DNA of 64,000 bases from Penicillus capitatus (taxonomy: Eukaryota > Plantae > Chlorophyta): positions 302,292 to 366,291 of the forward strand of contig OZ287707.1 in NCBI GenBank assembly GCA_965649825.1. The letters run 5' to 3'. A model generated the notes under the pieces. The model saw nothing but the letters and a program-made list of their open reading frames with translations. It made no database searches and was not told the origin of the DNA. Below, piece after piece: positions 40,062 to 53,076 of the stretch; positions within the stretch are counted from its first letter, which is position 1; each line of letters starts with the position of its first letter. Both the position numbers and the translations under genes were made by a program.

Positions 40062-41084
40062 GTGCAAATTGCCTCCCCGCGGCCAACAAGCGCCACGGTT
40101 CGACCCCCTTTCCGGTACGGGAGACAATGTCAGCGTTGTTTTGAAGGCAGAAGGCCATGGCGTCCGAGATCCTCGCCAATGCTGTCGCGAGCAACGGCAT
40201 CCTACGAGGCACTTCGTGGCGTAGACGTGCTGTCCGTGGAGGACGGCCGCTCGCGGGATGTTCTGTCCCTTTGGTCTGGCCAAAGTGGCGACAAATGTTT
40301 GTTGGTCTTTCTGACACACTGGGCGGATTTGGGATCGTGGGAGTATGCACAGTCTCTCAACCATGTCCTCAAAGACATCGCCTCCTGGGGTGTCTTCTTA
40401 GAGATTCGACTACCCCCTTTCCAACTTCTAAGTTTCAGGCATCGATGTACGTTGCATCGGCCTCGGAGATGTGACAGCCGGGAAAGAGTTCTCCAAGTTT
40501 ACGAAGCTCCCTGTCGATATGCTCTATGCAGATACCTCAGGTGCCTGTTGCGATGCCCTCGGATTTGCAAAGGGTTTCGGACCGGATCTCGAAATCAGTC
40601 CCTATCTTAAGCTCCTGCCCATGCTCTTGGGCATTTCTTCGGAGGGTACGATCCCAGAGGTATACACAACGAAGGGCGGTGTAAAATGATCATCGCTGAC
40701 GAGACGTCGTGCAGGTGCTCAGGGGATACGTAGGTGATCGCCAAAGCGGTCAGATTTTCAAAGGTGCGTCTCCTTTCGACATTCTCGGGCGCAACTACCA
40801 ACGGCCATTCGAACTGGCCACCCGGCGGCTCGACAACATGATTAAGATCCTCCCGAACTGTAGCACTTTATCTGTACCCTCCCCTTCTTCGACAGCTGCT
40901 CATCCTAGGGCAATCCCTGTGTCCCCTCGACACCACACTGTTGACACAGCAGGGCGGGACTTTGCTCTTTGTTGGACAAGAGGTGGTCTATGAGCACAGG
41001 GACAGTGGCATTCTCATGACGCCCAAAATCGAAGACCTCATCACCAAATTAAGGTCCTTTCACGAGAATGCACCGTTGGATTGA
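40062..41084 (+). CDS. AhpC/TSA antioxidant-enzyme-like (PRXL2-type) plastid protein
   Basis: Transit peptide; LLVFLTHWADLGSWEYAQ, LYADTSGAC, QRPFELATRRL, LTQQGGTLLF, YEHRDSGIL. Confidence 0.8.
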
Positions 41085-41250
41085 AGCCGTCGATTCCCTA
41101 AGCTTTTATTGGCGACATTCATGTGGTGAATCACCTTCTCGTCAGCAGTTTTGCCGAAGCCTTTTATCCACGGGTTTCCAGAATTGATATCAAACGTTTG
41201 TCTTTCAAAACTATCGCCGTCTGTTTTTCCGAAACGGTCACGTACGCAAT

Positions 41251-41904
41251 ATGAACGCGAAAAAGGGTCTCTTTGCATCGTGTTTCGGCTGCATGTCCGG
41301 TGTTAAATATGCCGATGAACCCGCTACCGTCGAAGACTGCGTTAAGGTCCCGAAGCGCGGAAAGTCTCGAGTCAAGAAGAATCAGGAGACGAAGGATCAG
41401 GTGTTGGATAGGGATACGTCGTCTAGGCCGCACATCGAGCCGCCGGTGCATGACACACTGTCTTCGTCGCTGGGCGCCGATGGAGCAGAAAAGGGGAACG
41501 AATCTCCCAGCAGCATATTCCGAAACACGCCTTCGGTTTCCTCTGTAAGCGAAGCGGGAAATATGCCTGAAGAAAAAGAACAGGAAGAAGACAACGAAGC
41601 AAATCAGCAGTCGCCTCCACCACCACCACTCGTGCTCGGCCCCGTTATCACCCCTGGGGAAGTGACAAAGGGTAGTGCTCGTGCTGCGTATCTGGGGGGC
41701 CGACAGAACAGGTCGGATGTCACGTACGATCTTCCGGCGGACCTCCTCAGAGAGCCGTCTGCTAGACGCCGCATGCAGACGGGGCGCGAGGACCGACTCT
41801 CATGCCATCCTATTATGATGCGGGTCGAGAGTTTTGTGTCGTCAAGCTCTTCAGACGAGGGAGAAATTGTGGGTGGCGAAGAATGCGCATCGGACTTTGA
41901 ATGA
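41251..41904 (+). CDS. Hypothetical low-complexity protein (217 aa)
   Basis: Uninterrupted ORF with a Cys-rich N-terminus (FASCFGC) and disordered S/E/P-rich composition. Confidence 0.55.
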   Translation: MNAKKGLFASCFGCMSGVKYADEPATVEDCVKVPKRGKSRVKKNQETKDQVLDRDTSSRPHIEPPVHDTLSSSLGADGAEKGNESPSSIFRNTPSVSSVSEAGNMPEEKEQEEDNEANQQSPPPPPLVLGPVITPGEVTKGSARAAYLGGRQNRSDVTYDLPADLLREPSARRRMQTGREDRLSCHPIMMRVESFVSSSSSDEGEIVGGEECASDFE

Positions 41905-42498
41905 TCGCATGCCGAACACTTTTTGTACAAAAACTGCCAAAATCGACAACATCTCTTTTCTTTGGTTGAAAACATCTCGTAGACGTGGAGCAATTGATCG
42001 TACTGTTGCTGTTGTTTCTGTGTATCCGACCTTCGCTGTGACGGGACCAGTGGAGTGTGTATAGACGGGGATCGTGTTCCGCGTCAATTCTTAACTCCCA
42101 AACGTGCAACGGCCCGCTCTCTGATCTTTTTTTCCTTTCTTGTTTATAAAGGGGTTGAAAGGAGCAGCGTGAATGGTTATGAATGGGCTGGTGTGAAGTC
42201 ACAGGACTGTCTAGCTTTAGTTTTTATTAATAGTGCACACGAGCCCATCGATAAATCGATGGATCGCCCCTATCTTAGGCCACAGCAAAAAGATGAAAGG
42301 CTTATTTCATTATAACCGACGAATCGATCTCGAAGTTCTTCTCATCAAATATGCTTATCTGTCTAGCGCGAAGGTCTGTTGGAAGGCACATGAATTTCGG
42401 AACTGTTTTCTGGGAGATGCTCAATCCCAAATGCCCTACATGCAAGATCGAATTAATTGCTTCGAAATTTGCTTCTCACAGAACAACGCTTTAAGCAA

Positions 42499-42567
42499 TG
42501 CGTGTGTGCGTGTGTGCTTAGAAATGGATGCGTGTGTACGTGCGTGCGTGCGTGTGTGCGTGTGTCT
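42499..42567. repeat. Imperfect (TG/CG)n microsatellite
   Basis: tgcgtgtgtgcgtgtgtgc...gtgcgtgcgtgcgtgtgtgcgtgtgt. Confidence 0.8.
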
Positions 42568-43052
42568 TAAAAACAGGGATTAATGAATAAATGGAGGCGC
42601 TGTCACATGGAACATGCACAGAGAGTTGTGAGAATGGGCTACGTATAATCGTCTCTTCAGAAGTGCCCTTGGTTCTTGAAAATGGATCCTAGATCCGTTG
42701 ACCACGAACGTGACATCAAAGGGCCGTTCCGAAACAGACGAACAGAATCGAGAAGAATTTTTGGTCAATCTCCAGAAGAACATTCATTAAGCACTACCAC
42801 CTCGTACCAAACCATCTTCTCAGCAAACTTCTTGGGATCGGAGCGCGAAAAGTGATCAGACCATTCGTCCTTCCAGTTGTTGAAACACAGAAATTGAAAA
42901 TCGTAACAGAGAGTAGAGAAAGAACCGCATAAAATCAAGAAAGAACCAGAGATTGAGGTGCAAGCTCTAGGCATGTCATCTTTGTGCCCTTGTTGCAATA
43001 CAAATCGGCTAATCTTCCTCTCATTCGTTTGGTCTCGAGGACGACGCCCGTT

Positions 43053-44062
43053 TCAGTCTTTGAACTGATGATGCATGTTGATATCGAGTCCGAATTTCCC
43101 AATACTTGCAAAGAAGGTTTGCTGGGAATGTCGATTCAGTACGACCATTTCGTAGTAGCCTTCCATTGTCCCCACTGGTGTCTCTAATGGACATATGGAC
43201 ATGTACTGAAAATAGCGACCTGGACCTAGAATTGGCTGCTGGCCAATCACCCCAGCACCACTAGAAAAGAGTGAGAAGTGTCAGACGATATGCATCATCT
43301 CACACATTTACGTACCCTGTATGTTCAATGTTCCCACGGCCATCCATGATGGTCCAGCTTCTGTTCTTGAGTTGGACTGTCTCTTCTCCTTCGTTGGTAA
43401 TTTCGACTTGATAGGCAAAAACATACTTCCCTTGTGTTGCGGCACTCAAGTGCTCCACATAGAAACTACAGATCACACTTTTCTCACTCTTAGCATCGAT
43501 CACACGATCGTCGCACCTTCGCACTCGAACACGGATGTCGCGTGTGAGCACATCACTGTGACAGGCAACGGCATCCATATTCCAATGAATGACGCCGCCA
43601 ATCTGATGCATCTCTTCTTCGTTCGCACGTTGCAGCTCATCTCTCAACTCTGCTGCAATCTGCAAACAGGCCAACCAACATCTCATGTCGGGTCGAGATC
43701 GCGATGCATCATGCTTTGTAGTCTTCGACTTCAACAGCGTGGGCGAGTTGTTTGCGGATGCTCAAGACAGGGTCTTTGTCTTCGAGGTCAAGAATTTCGT
43801 CCCTGAGTGTGGCTGCTCGAAAGTAGTCTTCCTCGTCGACAGCGTTGCTCAGTTCTCTCCGCAGAATGCGAATGTCATGTTGCACGGAGCTACTTAAACA
43901 GTAGCAGGAAGGCCAGGGCCGACGGCGCATCATCTCTCGGCGGAAATAGGGACAAGCAATGGAGCGGCGTAGGGCGCGCTGTCGAAAGACGCAGCTATGC
44001 TGAGAAGGCATGGAGATGAGGTGCAACGATCCCAGACGCATGGAAGAACTGCGCGCATCCAT
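43053..44062 (-). CDS. UVR (UvrB/C coiled-coil) + ApaG domain protein
   Basis: Repeats of LSNAVDEEDYFRAATLRDEI; ApaG motifs YVFAYQVEITNEG, VQLKNRSWTI, GVIGQQPILGPG, FQYMSICPLETPVGTMEGYY. Confidence 0.88.
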
Positions 44063-44182
44063 TACAGCTAAAGAGGCGTGTCTACAAACACAGTGAAGGG
44101 TTCAACGACAGTCGAGCAGAAAACGATGCTCATCAAGGGCCTAACGATTCAATCGAGACAGCGACATCTCACAGATGCGAAG

Positions 44183-45496
44183 CTATAGATTTTTTGATCT
44201 TGCTTGACAGGTAGATGGAGGACTTGAGCAGACCACTACCCAGAAATCCAGCCACCGCCTGTCGCCTGGACAGGGATGTCTCGGCAAAGCATAGAGGAAG
44301 GACGGAGTGTTTTGGTGTGACCTGCTGGAAAGAGCGACGCGTTTGGAGAGAATGGATGTCAGTAATGGACCGTAGCTCTCAGTAGTGCTGCCAGTCTCTC
44401 TCTTTTGGTTCAACTCCTCGCGAATGGACTGCTTGGCAAGAGAGGATGGATGGATGTTTGGTTTTTTGAGGTCGCGTGTCTAACCTGTGGAAGCAAGGAA
44501 AACAGAGGATCGATTGCTGAAGGGCTGCGTCTCAGCAGTTGCGCATCGTCTTCATCCATTCCGCCGATCAGTGCTCGCATATCCCTCTAACGCACAACGA
44601 GATAAGATGTATGGCGATCCGATGGCGTCATCTGCTTGGAGTGCATCCAGATAGAGTGCACGGAAGCCGTCGAAACTCCCTTCCACAATTTTCTGAATCT
44701 TGTGTCGGTCTTCAGCCATGTGCATGCGAATGTCGCCGATGTAGGACAAGCTGCAGATGCGCTCGAACAGATCCTGAAATCAGTGAGGACGAAACGACAC
44801 AACACAGATGCGACATGGGGGACCTTTTGGCTAAACTGAGAAGGCGAAAGAAGCAAAGCGGCTGCCAAGGCCGCTTGTCTGTTAACTGTGAGATGCTGCT
44901 CCAAGAAGTCTGCCTCCTTGATCCACATGACGGGTTTCTGAAGCCGGCCACTTAAGTACAGATGTCGCCACGACGTTAAGTCATCCTGAAGTGACGTGAC
45001 ACTCACGACCCCATACTTCACACGCTACATCCGCACATTATCAAACTCAGCCGTTTCAATAGAGCCTTTCAACTGACCCTCTCTTCAAAAGGCACAAGTG
45101 TGTTGAAATGCACACCGACGCCGATAGTGGAGGCCACGAACTCAATCTATTGCCATGCGCAATGCATCGAGTCACACTCGAGTCCTTATTCGCACCACTG
45201 TGGCACCCAGCATCGAGATTCCTGCATAGTGATGTCGATTTGCCGTCAGATTCTGAACACCGTGAGCATTATCTATATCAGAGATATTAAGGGAGATGCA
45301 CCTCTTTGTGCCAATCGACGGGATCGTCGACGGCAAATATGAAATCGAGCTGCGGTGCCGCGCTCACGTCCCATCGCGCAGAACGACGTCCAGGTTGTCG
45401 GAACACGCCGCTTCCGTATCCAAAGGCAGCTCGGACACTCGGCAGCGTCTCCAGAAACCTCTTGGCCAATTGCTCGGTCATCCATAATGACGTCAT
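44183..45496 (-). CDS. TAM41: Mitochondrial phosphatidate cytidylyltransferase Tam41/Mmp37
   Basis: AAFGYGSGVFRQ, LDFIFAVDDPVDWH, MKYGVVS, DLTSWRHLYLSGRLQKPV, NRQAALAAALL, LSYIGDIRM, KIQKIVEGS. Confidence 0.93.
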
Positions 45497-45565
45497 TTCA
45501 TTACAGAAAGCCATATCTCATGTTCTCCACTTCGACTTCGGCATTCTGTATCATCATCGGTTCTC

Positions 45566-48229
45566 ATGAACGGACTTCACACGCTAGGTCATTTCCTCAA
45601 TGAAGCTGTGCGCATCGCGCCCTCGTCGGTCCCTACGGAACCCAAGTCCGGCCACGAGACGTTTGCTGATATGTTCTGGGAATCGTTATCTGTCCGCAAC
45701 GGACGGCATGACGTCGTCGATGAGCTCAATCGTATTATGAACTACATGTTGACGCAGTCCAGGCGAGATGCCAGGACGGAACGCGGTTTATGGTTTGTGA
45801 GCTTTGCCTTCGGACGTATGCTTGACGCTACGGATGTCGCAAAACGATCAGCGGCAAATGCTTTTCTCCATACGCTCTGCGATCGCAGCAACTGCGAGAA
45901 CAAAACGATCCGCTTTCGCTGTGTCCATTGCATCCGCATGGCATTGGAGTCGCTGGCAGCGCAGCCAGAAATTGACGAAGCGGTCGCGGAGATGATTTTC
46001 GCGACGCTCTTGGCTCGCACACGCGATCGAAGCCACGATGTCCGAACGCAGGCACTGTTGGCTCTCGATCGATTCAAAGTGCCCGGAGACAATGGGCAGT
46101 ATGAAAATGACCAGGTCATGGCCGCCTACTTCATTTCGCTGCAAAGAGATCCACATCCCAACCCACGAGCCGCCATTCTGGACTGTCTCCCCATTATCCC
46201 AGCATCAATTGAGGCCATCTGTGCGAAAACGGCAGATGTGAGTGATGTCGTGCGGATTCATGCACTCAAAGTGATTCTGACAAAGCTGACGCCGGAGATC
46301 ATGGGAGCAAAATGGTGTGGGGAAGTTATGCGGAATGGATTGCGTGATCGATCTGATTTGGTGCGTTGCCTGGCGGAACAGACACTGCTGTCGTGGTTTG
46401 ACGATGCAGCGACGGGCAATCCAGTCGCCCTCTTTGCGTTTCTGGATGAAGAGTTGCACAGAGATCTCTTTGCGGATATCATGGATATTCTTCTAGGACA
46501 AAGAGTGGATGCACTGTTGTCATGGAGCGAAACGGCTCGTGTCGATACAACCATAGGATGTCTATATTCGAACGCGTATTTCTGGAGAATATTGTTCTGT
46601 GGATGCAAACAGCGAGGGGAGATTCTGGGAAGAGATGTAGCCTCCAGTACGAACAAAGCTGCCGAAGCGCAAAAACTTTTTGATCTGCTGGAACGGTTGC
46701 TGCCGCCTTCGCTGGTGGATGTTATCCAGCCACTAGGAGATCTGATGGATCAGCACCGCTGGATGCCATGTCATCATCTCCTGCAGATCCTGACACACTG
46801 CTTCAATTTTACAGATGAAGGAGATCAACGCATTGCTGCGACGCTTTACCGGAAGTTTTGCCAATGGTGGACCGGGGAGATGATGACGGAATGGTATGCC
46901 ACATTGACGGCATTCGGACGCAGCGTGTGGCCAGATCCATCCGATTTTGTACAGAATACAATGGCGGTATTGGAAGACCTATCGACATCCTTTGCGGCAG
47001 ACGGTCTCTTTCGCCACTGGCTCTCTCTTGCAGTGGAGATGCTACGATCCCTTCCATACAAGACACGAAATGCATTTTCCCTTGGCACGTCCACATTTAC
47101 TGTAGCAGACATCTTGAAAGTTTTCAAAGAGAGGCTTACAGCATCGCCAGATACCTTAGGACTGGAGAAAGAACTCATTGAAGGTATCGGAATCTGTCTG
47201 ACCTTCAAGCTGACACACGAAGAGCACGAATCCTGCATTCCATTGATCTGGAAAGCATTCGAAAGCTCTGAGAATGCAAAAGGGTCTGCCGCGGCCTTTG
47301 CTCTCGCCACTCTTGCTATGGTGTACGGTGTGCGAAGGTTGGATCTCAAACCGTTATCCACTGTCCCAAGTGAACCGTTTCCGTCTTTGTGGACTTGTCA
47401 GATTTTGGATCGGACCTCCGAGACGGCATCCCTTCCGATCCGTTTCATGAGCGCACTGCACTGGGAGCAAACGTTGCCGCCTGAGATGCAGCGTGCCCTG
47501 GTTCAATGCCTCTGCAAGTTGCTGATGATTAACAATGCCTATGGCAAACATGGTATGAGCATTGGAGAGTGCATTCAGTGCCTCTGCCCATTGGTTGTCA
47601 TCTTTGTCTACGAAGAAGACGACGAAGAGCAGAACGCACAGTTTCAGCAGCTTCTGAAGGTTTTCTTTGATCGTTATGCTCAAGCTGGATTGCAGCATCA
47701 GTATCTCTTCAGAGTTGGCTTCGTTCCTATCCTGCGTTACTGCCTGGAAGTAACACAGGCACTGCACCTCTCCATTACCTCCACCACCAAATTCTTGGCA
47801 AATCTTCTATTGGCTCCCATTCGATCGAACCACGCAAGCACCGTCGACAGAGAAGAGGCGAAGAAACAGTTGGCACGGATGAACTGTGAGTTGATGTGCG
47901 TGTTGCTCTGGGAGATGCGTCAGTGCCCAACCGACTTATCATCGAGCAAAGTTTACATGACAGCACTCTTTAAGACCATCAGCGATCTCGACATCGAAGC
48001 GAGCGAAGAGATGGATCGATTAAACGTTCTGAGTCTTCTGACAGATTCCGCCATCAAAAAGGCGTTGACGTCGAAGCAACGCGAGACACTGAAGGCGAAA
48101 CTGGACATCCCAGAGAGATTGAATCCGCTTCAGGGAGAGGAATGGGAGCGCTTTAAGCAAGAGATAGCCTCATTCATTGAACAACTCGGTGCCTATCCTT
48201 TTAGTGAGGAAGAGGATGACGACGAATAG
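45566..48229 (+). CDS. NCAPG: Condensin I subunit CAP-G (Ycg1), intronless 887 aa
   Basis: NKTIRFRCVHCI, ARTRDRSHDVRTQALLALDR, LQRDPHPNPRAAIL, KTADVSDVVR, GLRDRSDLVR; C-terminal Cnd3-like region (LCKLL...QQLLKVFFDRYA). Confidence 0.8.
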   Translation: MNGLHTLGHFLNEAVRIAPSSVPTEPKSGHETFADMFWESLSVRNGRHDVVDELNRIMNYMLTQSRRDARTERGLWFVSFAFGRMLDATDVAKRSAANAFLHTLCDRSNCENKTIRFRCVHCIRMALESLAAQPEIDEAVAEMIFATLLARTRDRSHDVRTQALLALDRFKVPGDNGQYENDQVMAAYFISLQRDPHPNPRAAILDCLPIIPASIEAICAKTADVSDVVRIHALKVILTKLTPEIMGAKWCGEVMRNGLRDRSDLVRCLAEQTLLSWFDDAATGNPVALFAFLDEELHRDLFADIMDILLGQRVDALLSWSETARVDTTIGCLYSNAYFWRILFCGCKQRGEILGRDVASSTNKAAEAQKLFDLLERLLPPSLVDVIQPLGDLMDQHRWMPCHHLLQILTHCFNFTDEGDQRIAATLYRKFCQWWTGEMMTEWYATLTAFGRSVWPDPSDFVQNTMAVLEDLSTSFAADGLFRHWLSLAVEMLRSLPYKTRNAFSLGTSTFTVADILKVFKERLTASPDTLGLEKELIEGIGICLTFKLTHEEHESCIPLIWKAFESSENAKGSAAAFALATLAMVYGVRRLDLKPLSTVPSEPFPSLWTCQILDRTSETASLPIRFMSALHWEQTLPPEMQRALVQCLCKLLMINNAYGKHGMSIGECIQCLCPLVVIFVYEEDDEEQNAQFQQLLKVFFDRYAQAGLQHQYLFRVGFVPILRYCLEVTQALHLSITSTTKFLANLLLAPIRSNHASTVDREEAKKQLARMNCELMCVLLWEMRQCPTDLSSSKVYMTALFKTISDLDIEASEEMDRLNVLSLLTDSAIKKALTSKQRETLKAKLDIPERLNPLQGEEWERFKQEIASFIEQLGAYPFSEEEDDDE

Positions 48230-48253
48230 TCATCGATCGTTGTTATTTCGTGT

Positions 48254-51103
48254 TCAACGGCGCCGACCGCGACGACGGCGATGCATCGTCTGTCTCCCGT
48301 GCCTTCCTCGATGATGTCCCATGGTAAAGGCATGTCTTCTTGGCACAGTGTCTTCTGGTAGATTCAGCTTCAAAGACGTCAAATCATCACTCGTTGCCGT
48401 CTGCAATCTCTCCAGTGCCTCTGCATCTTCGTGGGTCGATTCCACTGGCCCTCTTTCGCGTTTGACAAGTGATGTGACGTATGCTCCAAAGGGTTGCGTC
48501 ACACCATACAGGCACCTAGCAGAGATGACGGCTGCAGAGCGAACAGACAATGGTGCTACCCGTTTGTCTTGGCGGTGACAATGAGCCGAGCCCATCGGAC
48601 ATCTCGTGTCAATGAATGGGCATTTCCCACGATCATGAGCGAACACCGTGCTCGTGTGAGTCCCACATTCAGTCGATGCTCATCGGCCACGAATCCAATC
48701 CTTCGCCTCTCGGTGGAACGGACCGTTGAATAGAACGTAATGTCTTTCTGTCTGCCCTGAAAGCCATCGATCGTATTGACATCGACCATCGTGGCGACGT
48801 GTTGCCCAAAGGCATCTGCAAACATCTGTCGAATCAGGCGGACTTGTGCACTGTAAGGTGTGATGATAGCGACTCGAGGTTGACGCTCCAGTTCAGGATA
48901 GTGAGCAATCAGCTCTCGATAGAGATGCACAATGATCTCAGCTTCGGCTTCGTTGATGATTGAGGTTGTCTTTTCGGGGATGGCTTCTGCGCCGATAACG
49001 TGGTAGAAAGCAAAGGGACCGAAGCAGGGATGACGGTGCCACGAGCACTGTGTCTCTTGCAGGACACTCTAGAAAACAGATGTGGCTAAGGAAAGAGGAA
49101 TACAGAGAGGGGAACCGGGGCATCCGTCAGTCTGCCGCTATAGAATTCTTTGGACGGAAAGGCACTGATCGCTGGATGCATTCGGTACTGAATGTTCATC
49201 ATGTGAATCGGATGTCCAGCTGTCATGAGCCGTTTGAACATAGACTTGCTGTAGTCATATTCCGAAGCTCTGGAGGACAGGACAGTAGCCGGAAGCTGAT
49301 TAGGATCTCCAACCAAATACACCTGGAATGCACCCCCGCTGTCAAACAGGTGCGTATGGTGTAGAGAACACGCAGAACCCGTTTAGCTCCATTCATGAGG
49401 GGAACCAGCGTCGAAGGCTCTACTGCCTGAGCAGCTTCGTCGATGACGACAACATCAAACTTGCAGTTGAGTCGCTGAAAGGTGGTGGATCCACTGTATC
49501 CCAGTGTTGTCCCAACGATTTCAGCCTCCTCAAGCAAGCTCACTTCCACCTTGACGCGCTCAGAAACGCTGCTTGCCTGTGATGCTTTTCATTTCTGACG
49601 CAGATGACGATGTGTCAGATGTCCTTACCGTCATTCCTGAATGGGACAGTTTTTGATCGATGAGAGCATCCAGAGAGACGCTCTGCACAGAATGATGAAT
49701 ATGAACGCCGACCCTCACGACCGTCGGATGGTAGAGCGTTCCATTTTTGGACATCAGTCCTCTGAACACCACCAGTGTCATGCATCTCATGCCAAGACAT
49801 TCACTTACGTTGTCATAATCCGATAGATAATCTCGTCGAGTGCAGAATTCGAGGGTGCACAAACCAACACACGTGCTGTCTTTGTCTCCTGGTGGCCGAT
49901 GACAATGGGCTTGTCAAAATCCATCAGTCCATAACAATCATCATGTGCACCCATCATATCATTCTCCCAACACGGCACGACAGCATCTCTATGAACAGGA
50001 GAGTAGACAGTGCATGAGACAACCATTGGTGCCATGGTCATACCGTTTGCATTTCTGACCGGCAATCCACGGAGCGAGTTTCATCCAGAGATCTGTTCGC
50101 ATCTCCGGTGTCCTGTTCGCAGTGGCCATCTCCTGTTCTGCTGTCTCTTCCATCAGCTCCAGCGTTTCTCGTCTGGTGGAGTGCAGGATGATGCTGAGCA
50201 GTCCCAAGATGGCATGCGTTTTTCCTGTTCCAGGAGGTCCTTGGATCAGAACCACTGGTGTTCCATCGAGTCCTGCTCGCAGCGCATCCACCTGAGATTC
50301 GTTGTATGCCTGTTTCATTCTTTTCTCCATCGCTTGGGTGAGTTCCATCCGCCTGTCTGCCTTTTTGGCCCTCGGTTTGCCTTGCAGCAGGACATCACGA
50401 AACGGCAGACAGTGGACGTGCTGCAGCGCCACCCATTCTCGAATAATGGTCGAAAGGGATCCCAAACTGCACAGCCACCAAAGACTGTCTTGCACTAACG
50501 ATGCATCCATCTGCCGAATGCGCTTCTCCTGAGCCTCAATGCCAGCCTGTGCTTCCAGATTCAGGTAAAACCGCACGCCGATGCTCTGTCCCCCTTCCTT
50601 GGAATCGACAATGCCCAAAGCGTGGTAAGAGCTTCGCGCAGCCGGGTCATCCGGATGATCCCGTGATAGGATGATGAGATCGGCTTTTTTGAATTCGGCA
50701 CTGATGCCGGCACGAAGAGTGACCCGTATGTTCAGCCATTCGCCTTCCTGTCAACCTTAATCACTCTTTTGGAAAAGTGTGATGTGGATCTACGGAACGG
50801 CGTGCTGAGATGACGGATTCGTGACATTCGGGTGTCTCTCCTTCCACGCTTCCACGTACGATTCCGCTGCAGCACTCTTCCAAGACGAGTGGTTCAAAGA
50901 TCGAGCGGTAATGCTATACACCACAACAAATATTGTCCCTTGAGTTTCGTCTTATCCAGGTCACGCACTTCGACGGACTCGAAGATATCGGGGACAGGAC
51001 TCAGTTTGCGTGCCTCGCCTGTTTTGATCACCTTTGAAAGTTCAAAGTAATCCCATGACAGCACGATGCGAAGCAGACGTTGTGTTGCCCCTTGGACGTC
51101 CAT
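48254..51103 (-). CDS. Senataxin/UPF1-like SF1 helicase (MAA3-like)
   Basis: IVLSWDY, YNESQ, VLIQGPPGTGKT, VLVCAPSNSALDEI, FDVVVIDEAAQAVEPSTLVPL, LVGDPNQLPATV, QYRMHPAIS, AIITPYSAQV, NTIDGFQGRQKD, RLNVGLTRAR. Confidence 0.93.
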
Positions 51104-52712
51104 AACTGTAGCGATTTAGCCCAGTGATGGAAGACGATATGATGAACATATCTGTCGTGGCCTAGAGTTGACGTATGACAATCGTGATACTATGATGGGC
51201 GTTCAATGAGCATCGAAGACAGATTTGGATCCTGAGTTACTTCATTCGAGCTACCGACTTTGTCCATTGATTTTATGGTAGTATGAGCTCTAACCCTCAA
51301 GTGCTCGTACATCAAGCAGATTCATTTTCTAGGCGAAATCGCGACCGACGAGGCTATGCTCAGGTGCGACTATTGCTAATCAAAACTATATCCAATGCTC
51401 CGACACGTTCTTCGGAACGCAGTGTGTTTCTGAGAAAGTGTAACATTAGTTTCACATCAGTGTCACATCAGATGAGTCATCCTGTCTCGGACAGCGGTCC
51501 GAAAGCAAAGTGGAAGTTCACGTCGTCGTGATAAACCTTCCACCATGGAGCGTGTCTTGCGGCCGGCGGCAACGGTCCTCTCCTGCGGCTGGCGACGTCA
51601 GAAATTCGGCTAGCTGTGAACAAACAGATTAGCCGCCAGGAAAGTGAGGTTTGTGGATGCTGTGCTTCGATATTTGTCTTCCCCTTTTTCCAAAATACGT
51701 TTGACAATGATCTTCACATTCGAAATCAAATTGCAAAAATCGTGTCATGTCCGCGTCACGTGGACGCCAAGCACGCGCGGCGACGGACGGAGGAAACGGA
51801 CGAGGAGTTAACCCAAGACTGCATGTGAGCACTTGCAATAGTCTATTACCCGATGGGACCCGCGGCCTCACGTCACGTCGCAAAACTGTGACGTGTCCGA
51901 TCCGCGGTCCGAAAACCGTCTCGACCCTCCCATCACCAATAAAAGATGTACGTGTGGATATCAAATTCTGTAGAGGATAAAAAAGGCAACGAAGAAGAGT
52001 GGCTAAGGCGGTACCTTCAAGAGTGTTGTGTCCCAATGACACAATGTTTGTGCAGTTTCGGAGGCATGCACGGAGAAAAGTTTCGCCTCGAATGGCACGC
52101 TGTCTCTCGGCTTTCGTCATCGCTTTCTCAAAGCATCGTTTTCCCGAACACACAACCCATGATGCATTTTCGGACTTACCGTGAGACATAAGACCTATCG
52201 CGGCCAGGTTATGGCACAAGGAGCTTGCTGTCTTCTCACCGACTTTCCGCTTTTGAAGGATGCATCCCGACAAGTCTGTGACCACGGGCACAATGTGGCC
52301 GAAGAGGCGTCTTTGCTCGTCCGAAGGTAGACAACGCAGCCATTGTCAGTGAACAGCTGTCCACCTTCGTGCAGCTGCCACGGATGCGCGTTGATGTGAC
52401 ATACGTTTACGTCTGACGCGTATAAATTCTAAACTCGTGAATGTTACAACAGTCTTTGTTAAACGATACGCCTTCGTCGTTAGCGCGTGTCAGCGATAAC
52501 ACGACACCATCTAGAAACAAATGGACCCTATGTAGATTGACGAGCATCAAAGAAAGAATGAAAGAAGGCTTACGTCGGATATAGCCACAGCATCTCTGCC
52601 GCACCAATATGAACTCCAGGATCGGAGCAATGCACTCGAGCTCCAGATCCGAACACGACAATGACACCACGATGCAATAGACCGATTCTGCAAACTCCAT
52701 GACAACGTTCTT

Positions 52713-52784
52713 GCCCTCGTGGTGTAATGGTTGGCACACTTGAGGTTTTCTCAAGAGGCTTGGGTTCGAGTCCCGCCGAGGCGC
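52713..52784 (+). tRNA. Pseudo-tRNA forming the SINE head (nominal anticodon TTT; not a functional tRNA-Lys)
   Basis: 72-nt cloverleaf with D-stem GTGT/GCAC and anticodon stem CTTGA/TCAAG; loop GGTTTTC lacks U33 and purine-37; acceptor and T stems mismatched. Confidence 0.6.
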
Positions 52785-53076
52785 CCCGTGAGTCACTCGG
52801 GTGATAGTGACTGGCCGGAGGGTGAAGCGGCGACTCATCATGATCAAGAAAATCGGAAGATTGTGCAATTAAAAGACGTGGGTCAAGTCCAGACCGGAGC
52901 ATGCGGTTGGACGTGAGGTGGACGACGAATCGTCGCAGACGCTGTGAGACATGTGAAGCGACGGATGGAAGCACGAGTCATCTAACTGAACGATTGAACG
53001 ATGAATTGACAATGGGCGTCGGGTTGCTAATATGCTAATTAAGCGTATGCAGCTGTAAAAATCCAAATCGAATCGA
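52713..53076 (+). mobile_element. tRNA-derived SINE (~365 bp) with target-site duplication
   Basis: tRNA-like head with intact A box (TGGTGTAATGG) and B box (GGTTCGAGTCC); 3' tail AATCC-AAATCG-AATCG; flanking direct repeat ATGACAACGTTCTTGC at 52699-52714 and 53077-53092. Confidence 0.82.

Noticed and set aside
52713-52784. Functional tRNA-Lys(UUU) gene
   Set aside because: G32/G33 and T37 in the anticodon loop, mismatched acceptor and T stems, and flanking TSD plus tail indicate a SINE head.
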